Below, piece after piece: positions 30,901-37,398 of a DNA stretch of 43,927 nucleotides. The position numbers and the translations under genes are program-made. Source of the stretch: Candidatus Parcubacteria bacterium (GTDB lineage: Bacteria > Patescibacteriota > Minisyncoccia > Phycocordibacterales > UBA2100); assembly GCA_039798465.1 (NCBI GenBank), contig JBDKGA010000002.1, positions 1 through 43,927 on the forward strand, in the 5' to 3' direction. Numbering within the stretch: position 1 is the stretch's first letter; each line of letters starts with the position of its first letter. The notes below the pieces were generated by a model, which ran no database searches, had not been told where the DNA came from, and saw nothing but the letters and a program-made list of their open reading frames with translations.

Positions 30901-33540
30901 TCGCTTGCTATTACGGGAGGGATACTCAATGCGAGCCGCTACTCATTGCGCAATATGTTTAGCGCCGGTCTCGATATAAGCGGTTCTCCAGTAATTACCT
31001 CATTGAGTAATGGCGATCTCGAGCTCTCGTATCCGGGCGGTTCGCTCATTACGGTCGCGGGCAGTGCGATCGATGCAAACGCGAGCCAAACATTCACTGG
31101 TATGCGCTTTGCAACATCTACCGGTATTACTGGGTACAACGTAACGCGTACGGGAAGTCCGGTGAGTGCCTGGTCGTTCTCAAACTACCACGGCAATTTT
31201 GGCGGGGAAGGCTACGATAGTGACGGGGGAGACGCCTGCGGCTCGATTCGCTGGAGTGATTCCGCGTGTCTCTTTGTAAGTCAGGAACATTTCCGCTGGC
31301 GCAATGATGACGGCGGCGTGGGTGCGCCGGCGGCTGAGTGGTACGACGTGAATTGGTCGAAACGCAAACGCATTACCGTCAATAATCCAAACGTATCAAG
31401 TTATACCAATGTGCCGGTCAAAATTGTCGTTGATTACGACGGTGACATGCGCAGTGATTTCGCCGATTTGCGCTTTACCGATGCCTCGGGCACCACTACG
31501 CTCAGTTTCTGGAGCGAGAAATCCATCACCGCGGCTTCGACGACGGTATGGGTGAAGGTGCCGAGTCTCTTGGGTGCGAGTTCTGCCGTTATCTATGCGT
31601 ACTACGGTAATTCTGGTGCCTCGAGTGTCGAGAGTGGCAGCAATACATTTACCTTCTTCGAAGATTTCGAGGGCGGTAGTCTCGGAAGTTACTCGGGCAA
31701 TACCTCGCTCTTTACCGTGGGAACTACCTTCAATCACAATCATACCTATGGTCTTGATGCGGGGAGCAACTTCGATCAACAAACGACGAATGGTATTTAT
31801 CGCACGGGATCACTCTTCGCGCAGGGAAGCACGATTCGATTCTTCCAGTACGTAGACGCCACCCAAGAAGATGAGCCTTGTACGCTATTTGGCGCGCAAG
31901 CTTCTGGACAAAATTACGCGGTCTGTCTCGATAGGTATCCAAACGACAAGGTCATCATTGCAAAAAATGTTACCTCAAACGATGGAAGTGGTTCTGTGCT
32001 CTCGTCAACCACAGTTACGTACACCACCGGTTGGTACGAAGTGGTTGTTGATTGGCTTTCCTCAAACCTTATCGATGTGAAAGTGTACGACAGTCTTGGT
32101 GCGCTCTTTGCAAATGCGACCACGTCGGATAGTACGTACACCTCTGGCGGAATGGGCTTCTCGTTCTGGTTTATGCACGGCGGTTGGGATTTCTACACCG
32201 CTCGTCCGTATGTCGCGAGTACTCCCACCTACACATTTGGTTTGGAACAAGTATCGGGTGGTGCCTCCTGGCAAGCCGCAGAAGACACTAACATCACTGG
32301 CGTCGTCGTTGGTTCTCTCCAACGTGTTCGCTTCTCGATACAAAATACTGGTGCCACCATTGCAAGTAGGAACTTCAAATTACAGGTTGCTCCTATCGGG
32401 TCTTCGCTCAGCTGCGAAGCAGTACCACATGTGAATTACTCGGACGTGCCCACGGAAACTGCTGGATGTGGTAGTGCTGCCGCGTGTATGACCACTTCTG
32501 CGCAATTTACTGATCAGGCTGCACTTGCCGATTTGCTATCGGTCCCGGCGGGCATGTCGTATGCGACTGGCACCGCGTCGGAAGATCCATCAAACCAAAG
32601 TAGCGCCCTTACCGTAAACAGCAACACCGCAACCGAAGTCGAATACGCGTTTAAATTTACCAATCAGGCTTCGGCGAGTGCCTACTGTTTGCGCTCTACC
32701 GACGGGGGGACGAGCTTCGATAACTACCAGCACGTTGCGCAAGCAACACTGCTCCACGCACCGTTCCTTTCTTCGCTCATGTTCAACAATGATAGCCCCA
32801 TTGCACTTACTGAAGGGGCAACAACGACGGTTTCGGCAACTGCTACAGTCACCGACTACAACGGCTACACCGATATTGCTTTTGCTACGTCCACCTACTT
32901 CCGTTCGGGTGTGGGGAGTATGTGTAGTGCTAGTGACAATAGCTGCTATCGTGTGGCGTCTACTTCGTGTTTATTCTCGAGCTGTTCGGGTAATTCATGT
33001 ACACTCTCGTGCCGCGCGAATATTCAATACATCGCAGACCCGACAGATACCGGTACATACGCCGCAGAAGATTGGCTGGCACAGCTCCGTGTGCAAGATT
33101 CAACGGGACTCTCGGGCGCGGCAACATCGAGCGGAGTCGAATTGCTTACTCTGTACGGTCTCCGCATCGACACGCCCGCGATTGATTTTGGCGATCTTTC
33201 TGCAGGTGCCGATACGGGGTCATTTAACGCCCAGACCACCATGGTAAATACGGGCAACACGCCTATCGGTATACAAGTGGCGGGTACCGATCTCACCGGA
33301 ACTTCGAGCTCGATACCGGTAGGGGAGCAGAAGTATGCGACCTCCACGTTTGCATACGGTAGTTGCAGTATCTGTCAGTTCCTTACCGGTTCGGCAACAA
33401 ACGTAGATATCAGTCTCGCAAAACCAACTTCGACGACTACACCAGTGACTGATGAGCTGTATTGGGGCATCAATGTCCCAACCGGCACACGTGCAACAAC
33501 TCATCAGGGTACTAATACCTTTATTGCTACGTCGCCATAA
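15988..33540 (+). CDS. giant (5850 aa) multidomain cell-surface/adhesin-like protein with DUF2341
   Basis: Single 17.5-kb ORF; N-terminal TM, Pro-rich linker, FN3-like YWWRVRAKD repeats, beta-helix-like repeats, DUF2341-like motif (DFADLRFTD..W..VWVKVP..IYAYYGN). Confidence 0.92.
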   Translation: MKYFMQTRFFLHRKPVTLIVLSILALVLVGWLTRGFVRAYVEVKRAHIFATDVSAVGWEESTHALALDLPADAPYINFSRENSAYIAIGEITEPTPVPAVTTPPEPGEAPEMQPEETPVSEVPVEPTDSAPVETPPTPSETPASDTAPSSPEAPAVPPVEIPAAPAPTDAAPTSLERLELFVEHVTDAILARTATVAFATTSSESTVASSSDEIIASTTPPVSEPSVADASTCAVLGRPCHTIELSGFSVSGSLTDKKFRGAYVNFSFAGLAAEDAFPETKLVVRYYHNGQWRHAGEVFINKELSNAGNGDYFSSKLDEIQVWNDLADVRVMLEYERDAESGPARLYLDAAWIDAEYQERAQDVMLGDAPAPEDAPENVSFAESAEGGDRARSLTVGDGSQLRFVYTGKPEPDSLSMRLDRNVYTPEVGATSTYAYLSITNTTDEVDNFSLIAAFPEGDTVQEIAQFMRNVPQTNIVPVYDDVSYFCAAGWASATSSEAVSAEHICLETGDVRSCATVSDTKENCSVSHVVVASTTETRYVSDWVPLDLSEETSAAVPVPPGYRATKITARTLEILPGQTIYLRALLVPVPGAAARFMLFAAGGLEGDIDSSQLRLEKDWPEVGKSGKRAIKKAELARARLSEQISTRVEFEAGEKPEFRMRFRSQRPILMRLRDTITGRQPEFAVERAVLLRADGSREEVPVDVSFDQNGEWTLKLDEAPRAFRPGRYTMDIALREGESTYTDSLEFYWGVLAVNTDKQPYTPGDTAHLALAALDDEGDTICDAHLALSITAPSGAVAEVPVSPGGNCGHNNVTNIPDYVADYPVIEEGTYRMTLTRLDDAGAVMTSIADTFVVDANSRFSITRSGPTRIYPPSPYTMRMRVHATHAFDGTVREAVPEGFAILDAGGAEIVREVGVVYLVWHLTLGDGESQEVSYMFKAPDVSPYLFRVGAATLIENDVPVFTEPRSWQIASDALAIATGVAWLAGDRTTNSTELNDATTYPFSWNLDSDYDSTYFTHSTTTNSERLTVNVAGDYLVALTLPMERTDTNNRRTRIEAEVRVNGAKQQVGVSRSSYIRNATSHSESSDHLTVLLRNLQAGDYIDVATHAVTTTNVNDDIIVSGRATLYAEYMSSSQTIFSATATTTAAGTDMNPATASKVLWYDDRKDTGYTHNNGSSPENITIASTGYYLVFVNMPLSGSVSDANVRGRVLVNGVVAPGGHFKQGYIENAGGDTTSSLHWSGMVEATTSNSVLSFDVQAEAATGAITVGSDVGSLVIQQLPPADIYVGRATSTVSGGSNWNTAAVTTARWQTDYTMDTASFTHSTTTNPHEITVDKAGDYLAVFNDTRTAAISRTNQIVTLTVNSVDRSGAETKTHYIRNTAGHAESSGGMTFLLRDLAANDVITVTTVQEANAGTVPEDQGAILVLWRKEAQSAYLQHTQRWYVNTNAATTTDPWPAGASDLDEGDSMTTGTSIKSGDVTRLRLALQVNANTAASTDAFKLQYAAGSVCSPALSWSDVGAAGSGSIWRGYDNAGATAGSRISLTNKLLSVSTTTQTYEEQNPSANAPAALFSGESAEWDWVLQNNGAAAGTEYCFRAVSSAGQVLKDYLDYPQVTTNGTPSVPALTKLFDNEKTASTTPWFEFTGSDPNGEDIHYQIQISTDSTFTTTVVDKDSVTDFSLFSNINTPADKAPFNSDETIRFVPGSALSNNTTYWWRVRAKDQNGTNTWSSWSTGRSFTTDTTVIVSTWFQTTQAQFDIDALTNTQTTSTGGGTVELSGLNTSGTIYSPTIDYDDKTIGNSWGSVSWTDTEVGGTLLYQVEYFASTSAWVLVENSQIAGNSTGTTTPPINLTGLDTDTYNQIRVKASFSKTSATPVLSDWTVAWGLSVAVPTLTKLFDNEKTGTTTPSFEFISSDPQSNDLVYQIEWSTDATFATGVTTRTSDTDAGFVNTISGGDTSPFTHNNTIRFTVQNADALSNGTTYWWRVRAKDPLGGNAYSLRSDPRSFTVDTSVTVSTWFQTSTEQFTNTTLNRALASGGGVTASSDTGKIAIYREATAADAITTTTFSHNFDTTVRQDDIYSMTASTSVNLKKGHYVVLYGARFDSTGGTNRSEIQSYLDLAGTALPAGWSQAFIRRTTPANEGLTSGGAIVYASSDSQALSVKTFRTDTNPAATAQRAANTAGLQLIRLDDGWEYIRLSKTGKQTGPTSASWATVTYDRQDELDTTAFAHTTGSGNITLKSPGHYLVFANTYGSLASGSTVETMVKGRLSLGGAEIEGSYSTVYMRGNSNTNGAYQGAVAIGMIIQSTTTNQILSVQLARALGTAAWTINSNQAGTYIDRSAITVVKLPEGDFARAMSTTTPNMNPTALTGFVWNDEAEEDASFSHSTTTNNSRVTTLIAGDYLFLSALHGQGTNIANAYYNQGWRKNGGTLLQYGQGGAYSSNNTTSDIGNWSGNIFPSMINGDYAELVVQAIGTTGTVPADKKGIQGVRISSLSEADPNVPTVESNDIVFTDGSGPKWATVSWATTTPGSTSIKVQVLYATTTGYALVPDAALPGNSTGFTMWPIDISNLNRLTYPILRLRATLTCAGGLCPSLNDWTLKWSAGITISGTAQQFDQTTNVTSGTVAVAVNGVLQVGKTGTISGGTWSIPNVTAFTDDIITVFVSGAADTNEAVAITKYTTSGDITGMKLYERHVTLGSADNPTVTNANIGQYDNSVSGNEDIFYDVDAGNDLTLCSIAGCFDSRLLILADATYRPDSASSGNVTVRHFQNQGTFVADGNTISLSGSWRNSSVFTPGTSSVVFTATSTTETVNSIGASAAAFSTITFGSAASTATWNLSSPLYASSTLSINQGTLAQNGANPILLSSNLTIGTNGTYTKGTATTTFMGSGSSTWTDNSASKQDMGTVLIDGSAKTILMGSNIKATDITIGADDTLNASANRTLEVKGNFTNNNAFVAQSGAVTFTATTAGKIITPGSSSFYDISFNGVGGNWSFNTSALTVSNDFTITTGTVTLPAATSTIGGSFQNVGGTFMHNNGTLLFTTGASKTIRAGGSDFYDVTFNGTGSWNMTDTTATTTRHFTITTGTPTLPSGTLAIGGSFFKNGGSFNPGSGTLRFTAASAQTIKLGGTSAAHMTFAGAGSWSFASGSATTTGTVRFESGSVALPTPAFAIGGSLVSAGGTFSHNNGLVRFVSTATGNTIDPGLSLFYDIEFNSSTGGWTLAGSATSTRHASLVAASAFTLASSKTLEVGGTFSNLVGGASTTWAGSTLYLNSGTSYTINTKSAGGDTYGTLALNDATKVKTWNSSATVTTVPASASLYSQNHAAVNGNLYVWGTYTNTGDEYWAYANDFDGTVLGSPRAVAVRIANNASVSVSSGTWRMLGSAGATTTIDNQGSGSYTLGLSGGTLNAQYYSIRNMGATGFSFSGTPTVSSLSDGDVELAVNGGTIFSIASTVITQNPALQIQRMRVATSTAIGGFNATVTGTPTSYWWFRNHTGNLASENFDSDPGGNPGYVRWDDSGYDISISGHVYADHGVTTVGSPLCDGSTPVVKLVVNRGATYTASCNGSGLFNFPSVTFSGDVTLTAFLDTNGGRRAVTVTRTPTAAISNLDLYENAVVVRHEDVSAISIAQLAWYDSSRDSDVPFTAATSTTDTLTVHPANELFVWSGKTFAPAGNVTLSSGGVGGAYDGRLFIASSGSFIAAGTQSHSIGGGWYVGTSSTFSTASTTITLSATTSSKSLYSAVPLSFHDLTMNGSGGAWSLDSMTAATTTVWHALSVSAGTMTGAGGAVVKTGGITGSGTVSMTGGAVVLEGTAALSNTVPWQFYDLTLGVGSSGALTKSGTATTTVSRTLSVGSGYTLNAGSGPWVLAGAGTPFIVTGTFNADTAPFWYTASSATNVRDTTYAALNLAPSAAGTPTYTILGGTFATNNLTIGGANPVVVNATVNDPAVSVGGTFLVNSGSTFVASNVGAFDVAGSWNMLGTFTHSSGAVRFTASSGGNTIAPGTFPFYDVEFAGASGGWTIASHATSTRNTTLTAASSFTLSPNTVLAVGGTFSNLVGGAATTWTDSILSLTSGTTYSLNTKSVSGDTYGTLALSNATKLSMWNSSAATTTVPATSSLYSQDHSGTDGALYIWGAYTRSTGSDYWSYATDFDGTDISGTPRAVDVRIASSSSITLSSGLLDIIGAAGATTTIRNQGNGFYSLAVSGGTLTAAFYSVRDTDAQGLALSGSPTITSLSDGDFELSYPDGSLITTTASVITANPLKIIQRVRFATTTPIGGYNALTTGSTASSWKFNLHYGNLAGEAFDSDPTGDPGYLRWDDSALSITVAGHVYSDEGTSVSSVCGTPAQVVRLKVQGAGTYTSSCDGAGAFAIVGVTFNPGDTLTLFLDGVAARAANISADPVSNIGDMDLYENRVIVRHEDTAPLTIAKMAQYDSDQDADIPFNATDAATDTLVLPPDTKLIVWTGKTFAPAGNMTLNSGGSGTSYDGTLELKNNATFSAAGTQSHSIGGSLVVGTGASIAPASSTFTFTATTTGKTLAFGPEGLYNTVFNGVGGNWSFTAATATTTNDFTITNGTVTMPTATTTIGGSFSNAGTFMHNNGTVVFSSSATGKTIQSGASAFYNTTFDGAGSWSFSGAIATSSRDVLISRGSVTLPSSLFVIGGSFITATTSGGFSAGTNTVKFTAASAGKSIQVATSTFYNLSFDGVGGEWTFLDARATTTRDFVIVHGSTTLPSTQLAVGASFINADTFTSGAGMVKLTATTTGKTVQVNGSPFYDVLFDSTAGGWTLTDAATSTHDTTLSRAAAFTVSSGQRLSVGGTFTNAVGGAATTWAGSTLYLYSGTNYTANAKTISDTYGTLALGPTTHVRLWNSSAASVSVPTTASLYSQDHAGADGALAVWGDYTRSSGTDYWSYATDFDGVALGGSSRQVQVTIASSSVVTFQSGGSLQMVGGTAATTTVANQGSGFYSLAITGGILNASRYSLRNMFSAGLDISGSPVITSLSNGDLELSYPGGSLITVAGSAIDANASQTFTGMRFATSTGITGYNVTRTGSPVSAWSFSNYHGNFGGEGYDSDGGDACGSIRWSDSACLFVSQEHFRWRNDDGGVGAPAAEWYDVNWSKRKRITVNNPNVSSYTNVPVKIVVDYDGDMRSDFADLRFTDASGTTTLSFWSEKSITAASTTVWVKVPSLLGASSAVIYAYYGNSGASSVESGSNTFTFFEDFEGGSLGSYSGNTSLFTVGTTFNHNHTYGLDAGSNFDQQTTNGIYRTGSLFAQGSTIRFFQYVDATQEDEPCTLFGAQASGQNYAVCLDRYPNDKVIIAKNVTSNDGSGSVLSSTTVTYTTGWYEVVVDWLSSNLIDVKVYDSLGALFANATTSDSTYTSGGMGFSFWFMHGGWDFYTARPYVASTPTYTFGLEQVSGGASWQAAEDTNITGVVVGSLQRVRFSIQNTGATIASRNFKLQVAPIGSSLSCEAVPHVNYSDVPTETAGCGSAAACMTTSAQFTDQAALADLLSVPAGMSYATGTASEDPSNQSSALTVNSNTATEVEYAFKFTNQASASAYCLRSTDGGTSFDNYQHVAQATLLHAPFLSSLMFNNDSPIALTEGATTTVSATATVTDYNGYTDIAFATSTYFRSGVGSMCSASDNSCYRVASTSCLFSSCSGNSCTLSCRANIQYIADPTDTGTYAAEDWLAQLRVQDSTGLSGAATSSGVELLTLYGLRIDTPAIDFGDLSAGADTGSFNAQTTMVNTGNTPIGIQVAGTDLTGTSSSIPVGEQKYATSTFAYGSCSICQFLTGSATNVDISLAKPTSTTTPVTDELYWGINVPTGTRATTHQGTNTFIATSP
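23809..31270 (+). repeat. three tandem intragenic mega-repeats of about 770-920 aa (beta-helix-like)
   Basis: Units begin ITISG/ISISG/ITVAG and end GNLASENFDSD..RWDDS / GNLAGEAFDSD..RWDDS / GNFGGEGYDSD..RWSDS; boundaries approximate. Confidence 0.8.
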
Positions 33541-33576
33541 CACACCACTGCCTGCTTATCATTCATTACCATAGTT

Positions 33577-34230
33577 ATGTCTCGCAAATTAATATCCATC
33601 AGTATTGTGCTCGTGTGTATCGCCCTCGGCTATGTGTGGTATGCCTCGACGCAAGCACTTGCGGCAGACGCTCGCAAATATGCGGATGCCTACAAAGCAC
33701 TTTCGGACGCCGCATTTTTGCCGGGAGCAGCAGCGAATCCTGTGCGCTCTGCCGCCAATCGAGCGCTCGTCGAAGTACTTACCGGCACCTTGTCTCCTGC
33801 AGAACGCATCGAACGAGCGCGTGACGGTCAATCGCTCCTCAAAGATATTGAACTGGAAATAGACGCGATTCCTGATGTGCGCGCCGCTGCAGACAGCGCA
33901 CGCGAACGCTTGGTGGCGCGGCAGTACACCGTGGGCGGCTTGTGGCATGCGAAGCGCCTGCGTGACATTGGAGGACTTGCTGCAGAGCAGGGAGTTCTCG
34001 TTGAGGATATTCGGGGGCTTTCCTATGGTGCGAATTACCACACCGACAAAATATTTTCGCGCGTCATTGCTGACACGGGCGTGCTCGACAGTGCGTTTGT
34101 AGCGACTCTCAATGCCGAGATTCCTCAGGTGGAGGAGCAATTTAACCGCAGATCGAATCTCTATGCCGATTTGCAGCAAGTTGATTACAAAATGGAGACT
34201 CTCCTAGCGAGCTTGGGTGTGCCACGATAA
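33577..34230 (+). CDS. hypothetical protein, N-terminal TM plus helical domain
   Basis: 217-aa ORF co-oriented with the locus, hydrophobic N-terminus. Confidence 0.75.
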   Translation: MSRKLISISIVLVCIALGYVWYASTQALAADARKYADAYKALSDAAFLPGAAANPVRSAANRALVEVLTGTLSPAERIERARDGQSLLKDIELEIDAIPDVRAAADSARERLVARQYTVGGLWHAKRLRDIGGLAAEQGVLVEDIRGLSYGANYHTDKIFSRVIADTGVLDSAFVATLNAEIPQVEEQFNRRSNLYADLQQVDYKMETLLASLGVPR

Positions 34231-34269
34231 AACGATTGCGGCATCGTGCGCGAGAGGTACAATATTCGC

Positions 34270-34566
34270 ATGGAAACATCACGGCGTGTTGGCGGGCTAG
34301 CTCGCTGGGGAGATTATGTGCTCGACGCTGCGCTGCGGCGGCTTGCTCTCATGTGGAGACATGTCGATATATTTGTTGGAGGCACCTTGTTTGCAATCGG
34401 TGTGCTTGGGTTTGAGTCCGGTAAATATTGCGATGGAAATACCGCGGACTATCTTTCGTGTACGCGCCCGGCGGTGTACTACTATTATTCTGCATTCGAT
34501 ATCGTTCTCGTTGTTGTGGGAATATGGTTTATAACAGTCTGGTGTGTGCGCGGTATGCGCGAGTAG
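34270..34566 (+). CDS. small 2-TM protein with a Cys-bounded loop
   Basis: TM-CDGNTADYLSC-TM; TACAAT 6 nt before ATG 34270. Confidence 0.65.
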   Translation: METSRRVGGLARWGDYVLDAALRRLALMWRHVDIFVGGTLFAIGVLGFESGKYCDGNTADYLSCTRPAVYYYYSAFDIVLVVVGIWFITVWCVRGMRE

Positions 34567-34611
34567 GATAACTCAGCTACAGTGCACGCAGGAATGATAG
34601 AATTTGTGTAT

Positions 34612-36048
34612 ATGGCGCGTGCAACAGTGAGCACACGAGTTCTTTTTGCTGTGGCCGCGGGTGCCGCAGTGTTCGCGCTGCGTGTATATGCAGCCGAAAT
34701 AAGTGATGTCACGATAGGGGATGTTACCGATAGTTCTGCTGCGGTAAGCTGGAAGACGGATGTCGAAACAGATGCGACCATCAATTATGGTCTCGATTCT
34801 TCAGTCGGCACCGTGCGCTATCCTCTGTTTGATAAAAAGTCGCATTTGCTCACGATTCAAAATTTGGATCCCGCAACGACCTACCACTTTCGGGTTGTTT
34901 CTACCGATGCACAAGGGAACAAGAGCGCGACTGCGGGGTTTGTGTTTACCACAGCAAATAATCAACAGGCCGTTGCTAACAAAGTTATAAAAGATTTAGA
35001 GAAAGTAACCGACCCCACTGAGCTCACGCGCGTCGTGCAAAAGGTGCAAGAACAAGCGGCCGACGTCATACGACCACCTTCGATTATTGGCAGTCCAAAG
35101 GTGGAGGTAACTTCTGACTCGGCTACTATTTCTTGGAGTTCAGATCGTCCTTCGGGTTCGATGGTTGCCTACGTGGTTGATGCTGACTACCAAGAGGGGG
35201 CATCCGACCCCTATGGTGAGGTGCAGGGAAGTCCCAATGAAGCTGTCACCAAGCATCGCGTCACGATTGAGGGACTCGAGCCCGCGACCATATATCACTT
35301 TCAGGTGTCATCGGCGGATACCGTCGGGCTCACCGGAAAAAGCGAAGACGATACGTTTCGCACCAAATCTGTACTGCCCGATGTAGAGGGGGTGCGCGTA
35401 TCGCGCGTGCAAGAAGATTCGGCAGTGGTGAGCTGGAATACGGGAAGCGTGCTCGCCAAGGGTCGTGTCGAGTACAAAAATATGCGCACCAATGTTGCGC
35501 GCACTATCGGAGATCCGATTCTTACTCCCACACACTCGGTGCAGATTACTGGCCTTGAATTTGGTACTCGCTATACAGCACAAGTCTTTGCCACCAACTC
35601 GGTTGGTGAAGAGGCATCGAGTAAGCCATTTTCTTTTGTGACTATTCGCGACGTGGTTCCACCAGCTATATCAAAGGTAAGTAATGAATCTACGCTGTTC
35701 CCGGGCGAAGACACAAAGGTGCAAACGATTATCTCCTTTGAAACTGATGAGCCCACGCTGTGTCAGGTATCCTACACGCAAGGCTTAGTGATACAAGAAG
35801 GTCCCAACGGCGGAACGGCTTCGATGCCCAAAGAAACAAATCCGCTCACCGACCATACGCAAGTGATTGTGGGCTTTGCTCCCGCTACGGTGTATAAATT
35901 TTGGGTAGATTGCGAAGATGAGACCGGCAACGCCTCGCGCTCCGAAGACTTCGTGCTCATTACGCCAATAAAAGAAAAGAACATCATCGATATTATTCTC
36001 GAGAACTTCCAGGGTACGTTTGGCTGGGTAAACAAAATCGGCAAATAG
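34612..36048 (+). CDS. secreted fibronectin type III (purple-acid-phosphatase-N-like) repeat protein
   Basis: Signal peptide ..VYA; four repeats with SA.VSW...H...I..L.P.T.Y.F.V...D..GN. Confidence 0.85.
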   Translation: MARATVSTRVLFAVAAGAAVFALRVYAAEISDVTIGDVTDSSAAVSWKTDVETDATINYGLDSSVGTVRYPLFDKKSHLLTIQNLDPATTYHFRVVSTDAQGNKSATAGFVFTTANNQQAVANKVIKDLEKVTDPTELTRVVQKVQEQAADVIRPPSIIGSPKVEVTSDSATISWSSDRPSGSMVAYVVDADYQEGASDPYGEVQGSPNEAVTKHRVTIEGLEPATIYHFQVSSADTVGLTGKSEDDTFRTKSVLPDVEGVRVSRVQEDSAVVSWNTGSVLAKGRVEYKNMRTNVARTIGDPILTPTHSVQITGLEFGTRYTAQVFATNSVGEEASSKPFSFVTIRDVVPPAISKVSNESTLFPGEDTKVQTIISFETDEPTLCQVSYTQGLVIQEGPNGGTASMPKETNPLTDHTQVIVGFAPATVYKFWVDCEDETGNASRSEDFVLITPIKEKNIIDIILENFQGTFGWVNKIGK

Positions 36049-36049
36049 T

Positions 36050-37396
36050 ATGGCAAAAACATCCGTACAAGCAGATGACCTCGTGATTACCTACAACAAG
36101 GGGAAGTCTAACGAATTCAACGCACTCTCGCACATCAACGCCGAGATATTTCCGCGCGAGTACATCATCCTCTTTGGGCCCTCTGGCTGCGGAAAATCGA
36201 CACTCCTCTATACGATTCTGGGCGGTAACGTGCCGGACAGTGGCCACATGTATGTAAACGGGGAAGATATCTATGCGTATACACCAGCAGAACTCAATCG
36301 CTACCAGCAGTCGGTGATAGGTATTGTGTACCAGCAGTTCAATCTCATTATGTCGATTTCGGTTCTCGACAACGTGGCTTTGCCGCAGCTCTTTCTCAAC
36401 AAAGCGCCTGCCGAGCGCAATGAACGTGCGCGAGTACTCTTGCGCCGATTCGGTATCCCTGACCGTCTTGAAGATAAGTTGCCGATGATGATGTCGGGTG
36501 GCCAGCAGCAGCGTGTCGCGGTTGCTCGCGCGCTCGTGAACGATCCGGAAATTTTGCTCGCCGACGAGCCGGTGGGTAACCTCGACTCTATTTCGGCGGA
36601 GCACGTTATGGAATCATTTCGTGAGATTAATGAAGGAGATCGCAAGACCGTTGTGCTGGTGACTCACGATGCGAAGTATTTGCCCTACGCGCACCGGGTA
36701 TTTTATATGCGCGATGGTATTTTGCGCCGCATTGCGGTCAACCCCGAAAAGCCACAGATAAAGCGCGTTAAGCCCGGCGAAACCATCGTGACGGAAATTG
36801 AACAGCTGACGCGTATGTATCCGTATGCCGAACCGGTCGAGCTCAAAGTGAAATCAATTGTGAATTTTGCAACACAGACCATAGGCTTTCGTCAGATAGA
36901 GCATCTCGAAAAAGGAATACTCGACGTGTTGAGAGGCTCACTCGACGAATCCATGTTTGCGGCATTTCTCATGAAGCCGCGTCCACATGGCGGGGTAGGG
37001 CTTCACGAAGAGGAAGCTCGCGATATGACGCGGCGCGTATTTTCTCTCATGCGCTATTCGGCAGATGTACAACGATTTCGTGCAGAGATGCATCAAGACG
37101 GTATGTTTATGCACCAGCAGAAGTACGTAGAGCGCGTACTCGAATATTTGAAAGAAGAGGTGGGGCTTACCCCTAGCAAAGACCAGGAAAAGGTACTCAA
37201 GCTTGCTGTCGCAGACCGTATGGGAGGCATTATCACGCGTGATGAATTTGCTGATAAGCTCACTCTTCCGCTTAAGCTCGGTGGACTTGCGTTTACCGAC
37301 GATATTTCATTTTTGATAGCGCGGCATCTCGAAAAGCTTATCGCGCAAGGAGGTTTTCTTATCCAAAGAAACGAACTCGAAGGAGCTCACTCATAA
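36050..37396 (+). CDS. ABC transporter ATP-binding protein (LolD/MacB type) with long C-terminal extension
   Basis: GPSGCGKST, MSGGQQQRVAVARAL, ILLADEP.GNLD, VTHD. Confidence 0.92.
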   Translation: MAKTSVQADDLVITYNKGKSNEFNALSHINAEIFPREYIILFGPSGCGKSTLLYTILGGNVPDSGHMYVNGEDIYAYTPAELNRYQQSVIGIVYQQFNLIMSISVLDNVALPQLFLNKAPAERNERARVLLRRFGIPDRLEDKLPMMMSGGQQQRVAVARALVNDPEILLADEPVGNLDSISAEHVMESFREINEGDRKTVVLVTHDAKYLPYAHRVFYMRDGILRRIAVNPEKPQIKRVKPGETIVTEIEQLTRMYPYAEPVELKVKSIVNFATQTIGFRQIEHLEKGILDVLRGSLDESMFAAFLMKPRPHGGVGLHEEEARDMTRRVFSLMRYSADVQRFRAEMHQDGMFMHQQKYVERVLEYLKEEVGLTPSKDQEKVLKLAVADRMGGIITRDEFADKLTLPLKLGGLAFTDDISFLIARHLEKLIAQGGFLIQRNELEGAHS

Positions 37397-37398
37397 TT

